Shown here: positions 12,409 to 27,078 of the stretch, in pieces
Layout: each line of letters starts with the position of its first letter
Numbering within the stretch: position 1 is the first letter of the stretch
DNA from: Octopus sinensis
Lineage: Eukaryota
Direction of reading: 5' to 3'
Length of the DNA stretch: 64,000 nt
Assembly (NCBI RefSeq): GCF_006345805.1
Contig: NC_043003.1
Coordinates: forward strand, 84,816,001-84,880,000
Position numbers and translations under genes: made by a program
The notes under the pieces: generated by a model
The model's database searches: none
What the model was told of the DNA's origin: nothing
Seen by the model: the letters and a program-made list of their open reading frames with translations, nothing else

Positions 12409-13851
12409 TTGAAATTTGAAGAAAAACAAAAGACGAAGGCGGGTGTATAAATCGGGACGTGAAGACAATTCCGAAATAATAAAGTTTTGAGTTGAACGAG
12501 CAAAAAGCACTTCACAAACTTATATGCTCTAGACAGCTTATGGCTTGTATTAACCGAGTATCTGTTTTTCGCTGGAACAAGAGGCCAGACAATGCAAGGG
12601 CATCATCTAGATCAAAGGTTCTCAAACTCATTTTGGCCAAGACCCCCTTTTGACCCTTGGAATCACAAGGACCCCCCTCCCCGAAAATGTTTTTATTTTT
12701 CAATATACTACTTATTTTGATATCAGCAGATAATGATTGAAAAAATAAAGGACATCGTTTTACATATGCGCTTGTGCGCAGTCGGGAGTACAGATATACA
12801 AATTGAAATGCTAAAAAACGAAATAATGGATTGAAAGTTTGGTGATTGCATTTACTCCCACCACGAAACACTTATGAGATCAACCCGTTGTCTATCGAAA
12901 GAGTGCTCTTTGGTAAATGCCGATGAAATCATTTCAAACCTTTCTGGTTTCCTGGGTGACATAACTTATATGTCAGATTGTGCAACAATCTAACATTTAA
13001 GTTGTTGTCACTCCAGGAAGAGGATTTTTTATGCTCAAGAAAGAGAGTGTATTTGATAGAAATTGTTGAAATACATATGTACTTCATATGAGTAGTAAAT
13101 TGTGGAGGATGGTATTCACTGTACTTGGATCTAGTTTAGTTTGAGTCACAAAATCAGCCCCCTTTAGAATGACGTAAAAAAATCATTTCTTATTCAGGAT
13201 CTAGTTTGTTTCATGCGCAAAACCTGCATTTTTTAAAAGGAAGTAAAATATTCTGAAAATTGGTTATCTTGATGCTATTTTCCACGTTTGTTTCTATGGA
13301 GCAATAAACTTCTGAAGGAAAAATTTGACACGCACAAAATTTTTTTTCTACAAATATGCTTCAGATCATGTAGATTCCGATTAAACTGTTTAGGTTTCAT
13401 TATGAGAAATTGATCTATTCCATTTCATTCTCATTGGAAATACTGGTTCTAGATTTTCAAGTCTTAAGAAAATGAATTATTGTGAAGGTGTTTCTTTTCC
13501 CAAGGACATTAGAGGCTTACGAAAACACTTTTCAGAATTTTCATGACTGATTATCTTCAAATCAGAAGTTAGTTTCAGATTGGAGACCATGCGCCAATGA
13601 TTGAAAAATTGTGGAATCCGCTAAACCCACCCAAGGCCAAGTAATGATATTAAACCAGACGGCCGGTTGAGGCTATCACTAAGTATAACCACATATATTA
13701 GCTTTAGTTTATTTAACTGTGTATGCATGCCAATTTGCATGCATATAAGCACACTTGAAGAGTTTTCTCGCACGCTCTTACGTGCTCTCTCAAACTAATA
13801 AGCATAAACCTGCTGACTAACCAACCTCAACCTCACGTTCTAATTTTTCAG

Positions 13852-13936
13852 CCTATGAATGCACCAACGTTTTGTTAGAAAGTAAAAGAGAAAAATCTTA
13901 CTTTGCATCTCCAGATTTCTCAGCATCTTTGAAAAG
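13852..13936 (+). CDS. CUB-domain membrane protein, exon c (start of CUB-B): (S)YECTNVLLESKREKSYFASPDFSASLK(S)
   Basis: Acceptor ctaatttttcag, donor gtaaga. The exon is 85 nt, phase 1-2, exactly the phases needed between exons b and d. It supplies the first CUB cysteine and the SP motif. Confidence 0.85.
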
Positions 13937-14075
13937 GTAAGAATGTTATACACACTCTTGTTGATCATTTTTCCCTCTTCATTTTTTTTTTGTTCATTTG
14001 CTTTGTTATTCTATTCACGTGCACCAACAGTTTATGCCCTTCGTGAGGACATTTTCACCGAAGATAAATTATTCC

Positions 14076-14106
<31 letters not shown>

Positions 14107-14124
14107 TGGTGGTGGTAGTGGTGG

Positions 14125-14155
<31 letters not shown>

Positions 14156-14371
14156 AGTAGTAGTAGTTGCTATTGTTGTTGTTGTAATGGTTTTAGGGAA
14201 GGAGTTTGTTTTCTTATAAAACTGCAGAACCATAGGATCTGGATGGATACTTTCATTTATCAATCTCTGATCTGGAATTGACCAAAGAAAAATAAATATC
14301 AACATCAAGTTCGGACACCACAGCCACATACACACACATAAATATATATATATATATAATATATATATATT

Positions 14372-14850
14372 ATGTTCCAGCTAAGAGCTTGCGCCATGCT
14401 GATGCACCGCCGTTTCGCTACACTGTTATTACTAGGAGCCTCCTCTAATATGTGGCACTTGTTGAAGAATGGATTTGCACCATGCAGTGTCGTCCCGTTC
14501 TGGCATTGGTGTAGCTTTCAATGCCAAAATTTGGCACAATTCCTTCCAGGATCTTCCAGATATATATTATGCATACCTCTCCCTCTCTCTCTCCCAGGGA
14601 GTAGAGTCTTAGCTGTTTCAAACGTTTCCCAGTAGCTGAGCTGTTGCAAAGAAAGGATCTTCTTTGTGAATCTTCTCTGGATTGCTTCAACGTCCGCTGT
14701 TAATCTCACACTGGTAGGTGACCATAGCTGTGAGCAGTAATCCAGGTGGCTGAGGACGAATGTCTGCCAGAGGACCAACATGGTTTCCTTATCTCTGGTT
14801 CTGAATGTTCTTAGGTCAATTTGAGCACAATCGGATGGAGGATGCCCGAG
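14372..14850 (-). mobile_element. CR1-type LINE 3' fragment (post-RT region)
   Basis: LRTFRTRDKETMLVLWQTFVLSHLDYCSQLWSP...EAIQRRFTKKI..LQQLSYW / RLKQLRLYSL / IIYIWKILEG. Confidence 0.85.
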
Positions 14851-14875
14851 ATCCGAGAACAGACACACACGCACG

Positions 14876-14933
<58 letters not shown>

Positions 14934-15405
14934 CACACACGGATTTTATATAAGAGATATAACATAGGATTAGAGAAGAAACATTCAGATTCGGATCAAC
15001 GACTTTATATAACACCACGCTTCCATTCATTTCATCATATATAAACATTATCATGTCCTTCCTTCGACATATAAAAGGAATACATATATAAAAGCACAGA
15101 AGGTGAAAAATATATATGCACATAAAAATACAAAATATACAGAAGGGCTTGTAAAGAAAAGGTATGTACAAATCGTCTAAAATAAGTAATCAAAATGTAT
15201 TATTAAAACGTGTCAAGCGACTAAAATAACTAAAAAATACCAATCGACTAAAAAAAGTTTTACCCCTCAATTAAAAATATATCAATAGAGTTCATTTCTA
15301 AAGAACCTTGGACTTCAACCTACCATGGTTTTTCAGAAAGGAACTCTTTTGACATATGTGAGTGCGTGTGTGTTTGAAGAAAGGGTTTCTTAAAAATGTT
15401 GACTA

Positions 15406-16273
15406 TCTTTATATATATATAAAACTGAGAATGTGTGTGTGTGTGTGTGTGTGTCTGTCTGTCTGTCTGTGTGTTTACCTAAAACTTGATAACTACACAA
15501 CCGATTTCATTCAAATTTTACACATGCCTTACTTAGGGTCCGGGGAGTGTCATCGGCAAAAAAAATGTTCAACTTTTTGCCTAGGGCGAGCCCACGCAAT
15601 ATCATATCTTCTCCACTACGATTCCCTAAAACTTGAGAACTACACAACCAATTTCATTCAAATTTTACACATGCCTTACTTAGGGTCCATGTAGATTCAT
15701 GGGCAAAAATGTTCAACTTCTTGCCTAGAGCGAGCCCATAGCAATATCATATCTTCTCACTATTTCAGTATTACGTGTTAAAAGTGAAACAAAAATATTT
15801 CTCTATTTTATGTCAGATGCTTCACTTAACAATAAAATATAATAACAATTGATTATATGTAGTAAGTAATAATTAAAATCAAACTAAAGTATAATATAAT
15901 CGTAACAACAAAAACTAAAATAGAAATGGTATAACATTGTATCAATGCTTTGAATGAATGGATGAATAGGAATAAATAAAAATAAATTAGCATGCAGAAA
16001 TGGAATAGTCCAGATGGATAATAAAAATTAAATTAAAGAAAAGACTATTGTCTATAAAGTATACAATGTAGAGAAAAAAGAAAAGCTAACAATTCCAGTC
16101 TGTTATATATTTTGAGTATTGTTATCACTAGCGATATCAAGATATAACTTTGTATTTTGCATTTTAGGTGTAGATGTATATATATACATGTACATGTAAT
16201 ATGTACACATATATATACACATATATACATGCACTAGCACTATGACCCGGCAACGACGGGTCTTTAATGCTAG
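15406..16273 (+). mobile_element. Non-autonomous Helitron
   Basis: 5' A|TC-tttatatatatataaaa with internal (TG)n(TCTG)n. The 3' GC hairpin (g)acccggcaacgacgggt(c) is followed by CTAG|T. Internal tandem duplication of about 148 bp (15480-15760). Confidence 0.8.
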
Positions 16274-17564
16274 TATAAAAATAAATCACAGGGAAACAGA
16301 ATGACACGTATTTCTTGAAATGAAGTCAAACTTCCTTCCAAAGATTCGTGTCGTTCTCTTTGTGTGTGTGTGTGTGTGTGCGCGCGTGCGTGCTTGTGTG
16401 CGTGCGCGCGTGCGTTGAATCCTTGGTAGAAGAGATATATAGAGAGAAAAGCTTCACATCTGTGGATTGATTATTTTAGTTTGCGAGTAAATCACAATGT
16501 GTTAGTAATTAAAAACATTCCAACCTTTTGAACAAGGTCCAGAATATGCCGTTTTGCAGCAGCATCTTACAAGACTGTTAACATAAAGTGTATGTAAGGC
16601 TAGAGGAGGAGCTTAGTTTTCATAACATACAAAAGTACATTCGTAATTGTTGTTGTTGTTGTTGTTGCTGTTAAGCCGTAGGTAAGCTATTATCACAGGT
16701 ATTTCAACTGTAGCTACACAATACTTTGTAGCTGGTCTAGGTATTTTATGTAGCTTTTTCCTATTTAAACAGTGAGTTTAAGGAGATTCGGTTGCTATTT
16801 TGTTGTAAATTGAGCGATCGATTAGGCATTTGTACATAGATGCTCTTGATCAGCAGCAACAATAAGAACACCAGTAACACGGTGTAACATTTTTGTGTTG
16901 TTTTTTGGTCAGTAAGTGTTATTTCCTTTTTTTTTTTATTTAGAAATCAAAGGAGATGACTATTATTCCCTTCAATCTTTGCTTTTCTGACCTGGACATC
17001 AATATTTTGATAGTGACTTATTTTACATTACATTTCAGACAGATTCCGCACAGATTTGCTGAAGCAGAAGTATCGTTTTAGCAAGTATTCTGCTCAATAT
17101 CACAGATTTGCTTGCCAGTTGCTTGACCATAATCACTTGAGCGTGTTCCTTAGTGACTGACAATATGTGTATCTCTGATCATGAGCAGGAGTACTTGAGG
17201 AGCAGCATAAGCATGTGTTGAGAGAGATTCATTGAGGTTTGAATAGATATAACAAAAGCAAAGTTTGAAGGAAATATTAGTCATTTTTCATACTTTCTAG
17301 GGTTAAGCAAATATGAAATAACAGTTGATACACACGGACAAAAATCATGTTACACAATGTAATCATGTTCCACTGCTTTCATTGATCTGAAATTATTACA
17401 GGAGACACTTGCCCAAGGTGTTTATACATTGGAGATTGAAACAATGCCCTAGGTCATAAATTCCAATTTTGCTCACATTAACACACAAACAATAACGTAC
17501 ATATATTCATTTTTCTACTAACTGATTGTGTCTTTGTTGTACATTTCCTCTTTTTTTTTTGTAG

Positions 17565-17689
17565 TACTAACTCATGTTCGTGGATAGTATATACCCAAGT
17601 ACCCGGAGATAAGGTGCGACTTGAACTCGTATTCACTGACATTATGAGTGATGACAACTGCAAAGATACCTACGTGGATGTGTATGATG
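17565..17689 (+). CDS. CUB-domain membrane protein, exon d (middle of CUB-B): TNSCSWIVYTQVPGDKVRLELVFTDIMSDDNCKDTYVDVYD
   Basis: Acceptor after a T10 tract (ttttttttttgtag), donor gtatgt. The exon is 125 nt, phase 2-1, with CUB motifs CSWIV, PG..V.L and C..TYV.VYD. Confidence 0.92.
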
Positions 17690-18132
17690 GTATGTCAACT
17701 ATTTTGAAACAACTGGAAAAAAATTTCGATAGATATGACTAATAAACAGGTTACTAGTCATATATATGTATGTATATTATATGTGTATATATATATGTAT
17801 ATATTATAATATATATATGTATATATATATATATATGTATATATGTATATATATATATGTATATATTATATATATATATGTATATATGTATATGTATATA
17901 TGTATATATATATGTATATATATATATAATATATAATATATATATATATATATCTATATATATATTATATATATATATATAGCAGCAGTAGTAGCGCCAA
18001 GCAGTAATGAAGATGTAACGTACTTTAAGCTAATTAAAATATGTTTGAGACATGTTTTAACTTCTAAAGGTAAATTTACTGCAGTTACCGTGAAAATGAA
18101 AAAAAATATTTCTTATGATAAGTCTACTCAAA

Positions 18133-18332
18133 GCTTCCTCTCTAGCGGATTCCTTGACGCACGTTTCTGGCTCTTTAGACTTCCTCAATGGGAAATAATA
18201 CCGCAGAGATAACCCTGTTTTTAGATGAAGCTACAGTTTTGAATCTGCCCAGGGTTAACTCCCTTCGGTATTTTCCATTGAGGAAATCTAAAGAACTAGA
18301 GACGCGCCTCTGAGAATCCGCTAGATGGAAGC
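18133..18332. repeat. Fold-back hairpin, about 85-bp imperfect arms (Penelope-pLTR-like)
   Basis: gcttcctctctagcggattc...ttagacttcctcaatgg...taaccctg versus cagggtta...ccattgaggaaatctaa...gaatccgctagatggaagc. Confidence 0.75.
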
Positions 18333-18499
18333 ACTGGGCAGATACGATTTTTTACACCTCTTATCATAAGAAATAATTTTTTTTATTTTCATGGTAATTG
18401 CAGTAAATTTGCTTTTAGAAGTCAAACATGTCACAAATATATTTTAACTCACCTAAAGTTCGTTTATTTTTCATCTCTACTTGATTTGTGCCTACCTCT

Positions 18500-20780
18500 T
18501 ATATGACCAGTATTACATCTTGTAATCGATTATTATCACATCCTTGGTTACAGGTGAAGAGGAAATGAACTCCACAAGTGGGTAGTGAAAAACATTTTTG
18601 AACTGTTCGTTTAGTATTTAACTTATCTTCATAGGTTTTCCTGTGAGGGAGCCGTCCTTTTGGAAGAGGTGCACTATCTGAGATCGTTTTCTTGGCAAAG
18701 TTAAAGAACATTTTAGGGTATCACTTCATACTTTTATAACACAGGTCTCATTCTCTGTTCTCTCTTTTTCATAGGTTTGATGCAGGTCTTTCTCAATCTC
18801 CACCAGTGTTGATTTCAGGCAGGACTTTTCATTACTTTTGAGAAGTTTGTTCAGGTGGTTTGTAATCTTTGTTCATCATCTCATAAGATTTTCCCTCTCC
18901 CAAGAGATCTCGTTCTTGCGTGTGTTGGCTTTGTTCTCTGAGACAGATTTGACTTCCATTACGGATATAAAATATTCGAGTTTCATGTCAATGTTTGGTG
19001 TAGAGAGACATTTAAGCCAATCCCGTTTGAAGATCTTTTTCTCACTCGATTTCCATTTTGCTTTATGAAATCTCAGACTGAAGAGATTTCTGGTGCTTCG
19101 TATAGGCTCTATTTCTGCGGGATATTTTGGTTCATACATAGGCAGGTCTATTATATTATGATGTGAGACTAGTGTCGGTGCCACTTGGACATTAAGGATG
19201 ATACGCATATTGTTTGTTTAAGCAGAAAACCAGTATATTATTTGCCCGGATTTGTTACAATACAATTTGCTCCATGAATGAAGCATTAGTAAAGTTAATC
19301 AGCGACTCCACCCGTACTTGTTGGTAGTGTGTCATTCCTGCGGGCATGAGGTCCTCAGGCCAGCCTACATTGAGGAAGTTGAAGTCACTCAAAAGGAATA
19401 CACTCATGTGTAGCTCCAATTTGGTGATAACATCTATCTTTGCGAGGCAATCTTCAAACTCGCCTGTTTTGGATTATCTGGAGAGTGATATATAGTACAC
19501 ATAATATTAATTCGTCTCATGTGTTCAATATTGCTGTTACGTACTGAATTTGAATATGACAACAGGATCTGGAATGTGAGTTACTCACAGATGTATACTG
19601 CAGCTCCATCGTGTCTCCTTTCACTTCTGCCTGTTCGTATTACAACATATTTTGGTATGTTTACTTCTGCATCCCTTATATCAGGCCTAAGATACGTGTC
19701 CACAAGTGCTATGCATAGAGCTTGATTGCATGCAGCAAAGTCTTTCAGGAAGAGATTTTTGTTTTGTACTTGTAGTGCAACAGACTTCTGATGCTTAATA
19801 GAAATATTGGAGCAACGCATGTATTGGTAACAGTGATGGCTATCTTCTACCTTGTTATATGTGGTGGCCTCGTGAGGGGTGAGTGTGGTTCCCAGTATGT
19901 GCTTGACGTAGCCAGAAAAGATTTTTGTTCAGCAGCTGCTCTTTTCAGATCTGAAGAAGGCTGAGCTTTTGGAGTAGCATGCATTACGTCTGCTTATTGT
20001 ATTTTAGGAGCAGACATTGTGCGTTTTTTTTTCTTTGTTCTCCTCCTGGAAATGAGTTCTGTTGTAGGTCCATGCAGTTTAGGCAGGACTACAGATATGC
20101 AAAACAGAAGTCTATACCATCGTCATCAAGCCAGCAGTTTCCTTGCAGGTAAAATCTGCATATGTTTCTACTTTTGCTTTTGTACCCCCTATTTCTATTG
20201 CCTTCATAGTTGGAGATCTGTTTTGCTCCAAATTTTTTCTTCTTCCGTTCTTTTCTTTTCTTCTTGGCTCTTCATTGTTTCTGGGGTTTTTTGTTTTTAT
20301 CATGTTTTAGTGTTTCTTCGTCGTTAGCAGGCCTCTGAGTCGTGACTTCGGTTTTATTCTTTAATGGATCCGCTGGGTCCGAGAGACTTTTCTTTTCCTT
20401 TCCACTCTCTCTAATGGCACCTAGGATGTTGAGTGTGATATAATCGGTCATAGGAACGGGGTAATTCGAGTTTCTCCGATGTGTGCATGCTGTAGTTTGG
20501 TGAAACCAATACGCTTTAATGCTGCCGCGAAATAATGCATTCCGCAGAAGTAATTGGACTTCGTTTTAATCTTTAATGGATCCGCTGGGTCCGAGAGACT
20601 TTTCTTTCCTTTCCACTCTCTCTAAATGGCACCTAGGATGTTGATGTGTGATATAATCAGGTCATAGGAACGGGGTAATTCGAGTTTCTTCCGATGTGTG
20701 CATGCTGTAGTTCTGGTGAAACCAATACGCTTTAATGCTGCCGCGAAATAATTGCATGCTCGCAGAAGTAATTGCAGTAC
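18500..20780 (-). mobile_element. CR1-type LINE 5' fragment (5'UTR, Cys-rich ORF1 remnant, APE endonuclease)
   Basis: CIALVDTYLRPDIRDAEVNIPKYVVIRTGRSERRH.GAAVYI, SDFNFLNVGW and HHNIIDL; frameshifted FYLQGNC upstream. Many stops. Confidence 0.75.
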
Positions 20781-20829
20781 TTTGATTTTCCAATTTTGCC
20801 ACATCTTTCCTGTATATACCTTGAGAGGG

Positions 20830-20868
<39 letters not shown>

Positions 20869-22721
20869 TTGCTGTATATACCTAGAGAAAGAGAGAGAGA
20901 GTCATACACAAACATACACATATAGGGAGAGAGAGAGAAAGGTGCAGAGAATTAAAAACTTTTGTTTGTCTTACCTTGAAACTGGCCAGGTTAAAACAAA
21001 ATAAAGTGAAATTCTCCATTCTTGCACAACTCACATAGTTTCGGTGATCTTTACGTACGTGATTCGTAATCGAAACGTAAACAAGCCTTAATTTCCAGAA
21101 ATTCTTGTATTTGGTAATTGAACAATCTACGAAATTACATTGGCTCACACAAGATGAAATCTTACAACCACTGTTACTCAGAGAAGTGTACAATCAACGC
21201 AGTCAATGTTGTTTTTCAAGTCATGTTTACTCAACCATATGATGAGAAGATCTTGATTTTTTTCACGTTGGAAAATTCCTTAGAACTACGTAGACATTGA
21301 TCAAGTTAAAATATTCTTTGAATATATGTGAGTAGTGATGTATAATAATATTTAAACTGGAGACCACCCAGCTTTCAGTCTAATTCGATGTAGTTGGAGC
21401 TTTTCAATGTTTTCCAGGAGTTTCGCACGTTTAAACACGCTGGCACAATCTTACACGCGTGTGCGCGCATACACACGCGAGCACACACACACACACACAT
21501 ACTTGTATGTATGTATGTATGTATGTATGTATGTATGTATGTATGTATGTATGTATGTATGTACGTACAAAGAATTTCTCCCTTGCATCATTTCTGACTC
21601 ATGTATGAATCACAGGACAGATCAAGAGGTTAGGTTTTTCTCATAAATTTCTTGGTGCAACAGGCGAAGACGATCGTCCAAGAATTAGTGGGAAAATGTG
21701 GATTTGGTTTCGAATCCTAGCTTTGAAATTTGATAACTATTCGCTACACATTCTAAGAGGGCCGGGCTACATCCAGGTCATGATTCCTGGGTACCCTTCT
21801 GCGTACACTTTTTAACTACTTGGATATCCGAGGCTTTTGCATTTAAACAGCCTGGAGAATTCATCTAGTTTGTAACTCCTCTCCGTTGACTCAGCTTTCA
21901 AACATACAATTATATAAGAAATAACGTTGGTGAAACACCAACGCAATCACAATAACTCATTCAAGGTTATTTTCCTTAACGTTAAAACCAAAATATTGCC
22001 TTTAACCAATGGGTGACAGATACAATATGGCGTTAGACAAACTGCTTGTACGCATTACTTCTGAGTTCAAATCATGTATATTATCATTCAGACGTCGATA
22101 ATTATGGTCAATTACGTATATACTGAGTTATGTGTATTTGGTCCCTTCCCACAAAATCTTCTAGACGTGTGCCTTTGATATAAATCTCAATTTATTATTC
22201 TTATTAAACAATAGGACCAAACGATCACGGATTGTTACTGAAGAAATTCTGTGGTAGGGAAACTCCTTCCTTGAAATCTACTGGCAGCCATCTTTTCGTT
22301 CGACTCACTGGTCACATTAAACATGCAACTCGCTTCACTGCCGTTCATTATTCTGAACCGAAAGGTAAGTGGATTTTATGGAATTCTAATTAATCAGTGG
22401 TGCAGAAAAAACAGATTAAAATAGATTATTTTAAAACTCACTGCATCATGTTTTCTAGATACTTATTTACATTTCTATTTGTCTTTGTAAAGTCAGTAGC
22501 TTATATCTTATCATCCACTACCGTCATAAATCCATAGACAAGATTATTAACTTTTGACCCTTATATCTGTAAGAAAATGTCACAAGATTATATAATTCCC
22601 CACTGTAAAATACAGCTCTATAAGATACATTGACGAGTGTTTGTCAACTTGTAGTTCACGGTGGCTGGTATCTTAGTGAGAATTAAATTTGGTCCTTATC
22701 TGCTTCATATAAAGTATAATA

Positions 22722-22776
<55 letters not shown>

Positions 22777-22841
22777 TAAGAGGGAAGGCGGCTGGACGTG
22801 ACAGAGGCTGGTTTATCATAATATAATAATAAATATAATCT

Positions 22842-22872
<31 letters not shown>

Positions 22873-23869
22873 TAATAAATCAATAATAAAATAAGAGGGA
22901 AGGCGGCTGGACGTGACAGAGGCTGGACGTATTTTTTCGATGCTCTGAACTGGCAGTAGCTAACCCAGCAGGACAACTGAAAAACACAACTGTAAAAAAC
23001 TGGAAGATCTACTGTTTTCTGTGAGTAATTTGAATTTCCCTCGAAGTAAGTTAAGGAACTTACATATCTACATCTTAGGACATACAAACGAACACCTAAC
23101 AAAAAAAATTAGAAACATAAATATCTCCAATTTTGTGTGAACATTTTGTCGTCCCTTCTTCCATGACTATAAGAATGTGTAAAATTGCCTTTATTGTAAC
23201 AACACAATTAAATGCACGATAAAAAATTATGGAAGTAAGCACCTGCTAATATATACATACAGTTGAATTCAGAAATTTTTAAAATCATCGACGTGAACAT
23301 CAGATAATATGTGTGTGTGAGTATACATATACATATACATATGTATGTGGAAAGGAAGAAAATAGAAAGGAAAAAAATAAATAAATGTAAACAGGTTTGA
23401 CCTTTCCTAACCATTAATGTCCTTTGTCTCTTGGGCTATCTCTCCACCATCTGCTGAATCTATTTATAGACCCATAGAGCATGACCTCTTCAACCAACTG
23501 CTCCCCCACACAATGGCAGTAGTGGTGGTGATGGTGATAATGACAGAAACAAAAATAACAATAAGATACTGCTGTGACTACACATAAAACAATATCATTG
23601 ATGATGATGATGATGATAATGGTAATAATAATAATAATAACAATAATAACTGACAGATCCTTTTTTTCCGTATTTTATTCTCATTTTTTCGAACTAATAC
23701 AGGCAGAGTGAGCCTTTTATAAGTTTAAAAGAGGAAGGGAAAAGAAGGAAGGAAAAAGGGGAAGAAGGAGAAAGAAAAAAGAGAGAGGAAAAAGAAGAGA
23801 AGGAAAAGAAAAGGAAAAAATGTTCGGAGATAAAAATATCAACAAAATACAGACGAATACAGATCTGCT

Positions 23870-26800
23870 AGAGCCTTAAGAAGCTGCGCTACGAGCAATG
23901 CTTACGTGTAGAGAACCCTAAACTGACAGATCCATCTCTAATGTAAGAGTGGAAGCTGTCATGCTTCAATGTCAACAAACAAACTACAAACCGCAATGGT
24001 CATCGCACGGATTACAAAAGACCACGTACCCGAAAATTGACCAAATTCTGATTGAAAAATCAGCGAATGGATCAAAATCTTCCAACACACAGGAGCTGGA
24101 CGTACCCCACAACCGGAATATTCCAACAGATGGCCATCCATGCTCGTCACCAAATGATCAAAAGAAAAAGAAGGAAAAATGGTCTAGGGAAGATAATAAA
24201 GAAGTTCTTGCGGCCTTCTACCAGCCCATATATTCCCCCGCAGATAAATCTAAACACTGAACAACATACTGAAACTGGAGACAGAAACACTCTGAAGCAA
24301 GACCCTACATAGACAGTAACAACATTATAAAAAAAATTACTGACGAAGTAGAGATTGATCAAGTTAGACAAGCAGTAACGGATAAAATGAACGAAGCTGC
24401 AGCTAGAGAGATAATACAGAGGAAATATTATAGACCAGCCCAGGGCTGATATAAACGAAGTAAGGATTGAAAGAGTTAATATAAGTGATAGGCAAAGTGA
24501 ATACTCCCTGAACCAATCATAAACACTAAGACATATGAACATCAAATAGATAAAGAAAGTCACACAAATATTGACCCCCCAACAGAACTACATGAGCTAA
24601 AAAATCAAATCATGATTGAATGGCTGAAATTAAGGAAACCAGCATGGATGAACGCGATTGCACTCCCTAAAATCCGCAACTCTAACCAAAACATGAAAAT
24701 AATTGGTAAAATCCGGCTTGCACTTAAGGATATAATTTCAGCTAATGATGTGATATCACAATCTCAACCACCTATACTATGCATCCGCGAAAAATCTCAA
24801 CGATCCTATGTATGTGAAGATTAGAAAACGGCAACATTCCCACAAAAAGCCTTCTTTGCAAGAGCGTTTGCAACAACAAATTAAACTATTTAGATCTGAC
24901 ATTGAATATTGAAAAACCTTAAGGTTTCCAAGACTACCAAACCTACAAAAAACCCAAAAATTAATGAAAAAATATAATATGAAAACTATACTGTATTTGA
25001 TGCCACCATAGAAACCATCAAACAAAAGGCATCTGCCAAAGCTGCCCGCATAGCGAGGTATGGAAAAGCGTGTTAGATTTTTCAAGGACAAATGTTCAAA
25101 AATAACCCCAAAATGTTTACAGGAAGATAGGAAAAACAGCAGTTACTGTAAGGTTTGTACCATCAAAAGAAGAAGTGCAGGGATTTGGAATAAAAAGTGT
25201 CAGAAAGAAAAAGCACACAACGAAAAGGCCCCCTGGATGACAGAATATCTACAGAACTGGACTCCTTAGAAGAGCAAAAGTGGGGAGGTGTCAAGGTAGA
25301 AGATATAAGATCTGCTCTCAGGAGGTCAAGCAAATGGAAGTCTCCAGGAAAGGATAAAATTCCTAACTTCTGGCTGAATGCCTTCCCAGAGAGCCATGGA
25401 CTGCTGACAGAACTGTACAATGATGTTTTGCACACACCCTAGTAGGATACCTCCTTGGCTAGTTAATGGGTTAACATTCCTGCTTCCAAAAAGTGAAGAA
25501 AAAGAAAAGAACAAAATGAACCAAAAAAACTATAGACCCATAACCTGCTTAACAACTATGTATAACACGCAAAGTCTGTCCTGACGGAATATACTTATAG
25601 TTTTTTTAACAGACAGCAGCATATTCCCTAATGAACCGAAAGGCGTAAACGTGGACCCTCGGTTGTAAAGACCAACTACTCATCAATAAGATGATCTTAG
25701 AAGATTGTCACAAACGACACAAAAACTTGTCAATCGCCGATAGACTATAAAAAGCTTTTGATAGCCTACCACATAGCTGGATTAAGAAATGCCTGGAAAT
25801 GTATAAGATAGCACCTACTCTGTGAAACTTTTTGACTGTAAGTATGAGATCATGGAGAACCACACTAACTTTGAACAGTGACAATGAATCCCTAAATGCT
25901 GGTGATGTAAAAATTTCATGTGGCATTTTCCCAGGGTAACTTACTGTCACCACTCCTCTTTTGTTTAGCCTTAATACCTCTCTCAAAACTGCTCAATGAC
26001 GCGCAGAGTAGGGTATAAAATGTTGATAAAAATATAATCATCTCATTTACATGGATGATTTAAAGCTTTTTGCAGAAAATGACCAACAACTCAAGGGCTT
26101 ACTAGCGATAGTCAAACAATTCAGTGACGACATCAGAATGCAATTTGGCTCGATAAATGTGCAAAAGCTACCTTTATCAAAGGAAAAATGACAGAAACAT
26201 CTAACGTTAGCATTGACCAGCAGAATGTCATAAAAGAACTAGACCCAGCGGAGAGCTCAAGTACCTAGGGGTTAATTGAAGGGGATGGAATAAGGCATTC
26301 AGAGATGAAGGAAAAGATCAGGAGGGAATGTTATCGAAGAGTGAGAGCATACTCAAGACAGAGCTGAATGCAAAGAAACAGGATCGAAGCGATCAATGCA
26401 TTAGCCATACCAGTCGTGGCTTACAGTTTCCATATCGTTAACTGGTCAATTACTGAAATATGTCAGCTTGACAGAAAAATACGAAAACTGTTGACAATGC
26501 ATAGAATGCACCACCCTAAGGCAGATACAGAACGACTTTATCTGCCAAGAAAAGTAGGAGGCCGTGGTCTTTTACAACTGGCAATAACAATGAAGATTGC
26601 TACAATTGGCCTAGACACCTACCTGAAAAAGTCTGAGGACTGGATGTTAAAACTTGTCTCAAAACATGAAAACAAGAAAGCATTATACTCAGTAACAAAA
26701 CAGGCAAAGGAATATCTAAGTGAATTCCGAATACAACAAATTTCGGAATTAGAGATAGTCATACAAGAAACAAGCACACAAAAAGCTAAGCGCATGAAAA

Positions 26801-27078
26801 CCCGTGCCAAAACTGTGGCCTTAGATATTCTGAATAATGAATGGCAAGAAAAACCTCTCTATGGCAATACCCAAAGAGAGCGAATAATGCAGATATTGAC
26901 AAAGCCCTGGCCTATCAATGGCTAATGGCCTCTGGCTTAAAATCTGAAACAGAAGGGTTTATCATAGCAGCTCAAGATCAATGCCTACCAACAAGAAACT
27001 ACCAGGCCAACATATTAAAGAATGGCAGTAGCCCAACATGTCGTGTATGTCGGCAACAAAATGAAACCATTGATCATG
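23870..27078 (+). mobile_element. R4/Dong-clade non-LTR retrotransposon, copy 1 (3'-truncated, frameshifted)
   Basis: N-terminal KWSREDNKEV..AFY. RT motifs WKSPGKDKIPNFW, NYRPITCL, DYKSFDSLPHSW, HLIYMDDLKLFA and HHPKADTERLYLPRKVGGRGL. Then GLKSETEGFIIAAQDQ and CRVCRQQNETIDH, where it stops. Confidence 0.9.

Noticed and set aside
18133-18332. Hammerhead ribozyme in this hairpin, and in the repeat at about 39000-39035
   Set aside because: GAAAC...GTC/GTA is present, but the CUGANGA core is corrupted (ccattga; ctgttga with no stem I), so no ribozyme is called.
14372-20780. Two CR1 pieces as one element interrupted by exon d
   Set aside because: Exon d and unique intron sequence lie between them and most of the RT is missing. 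Independent insertions are simpler.
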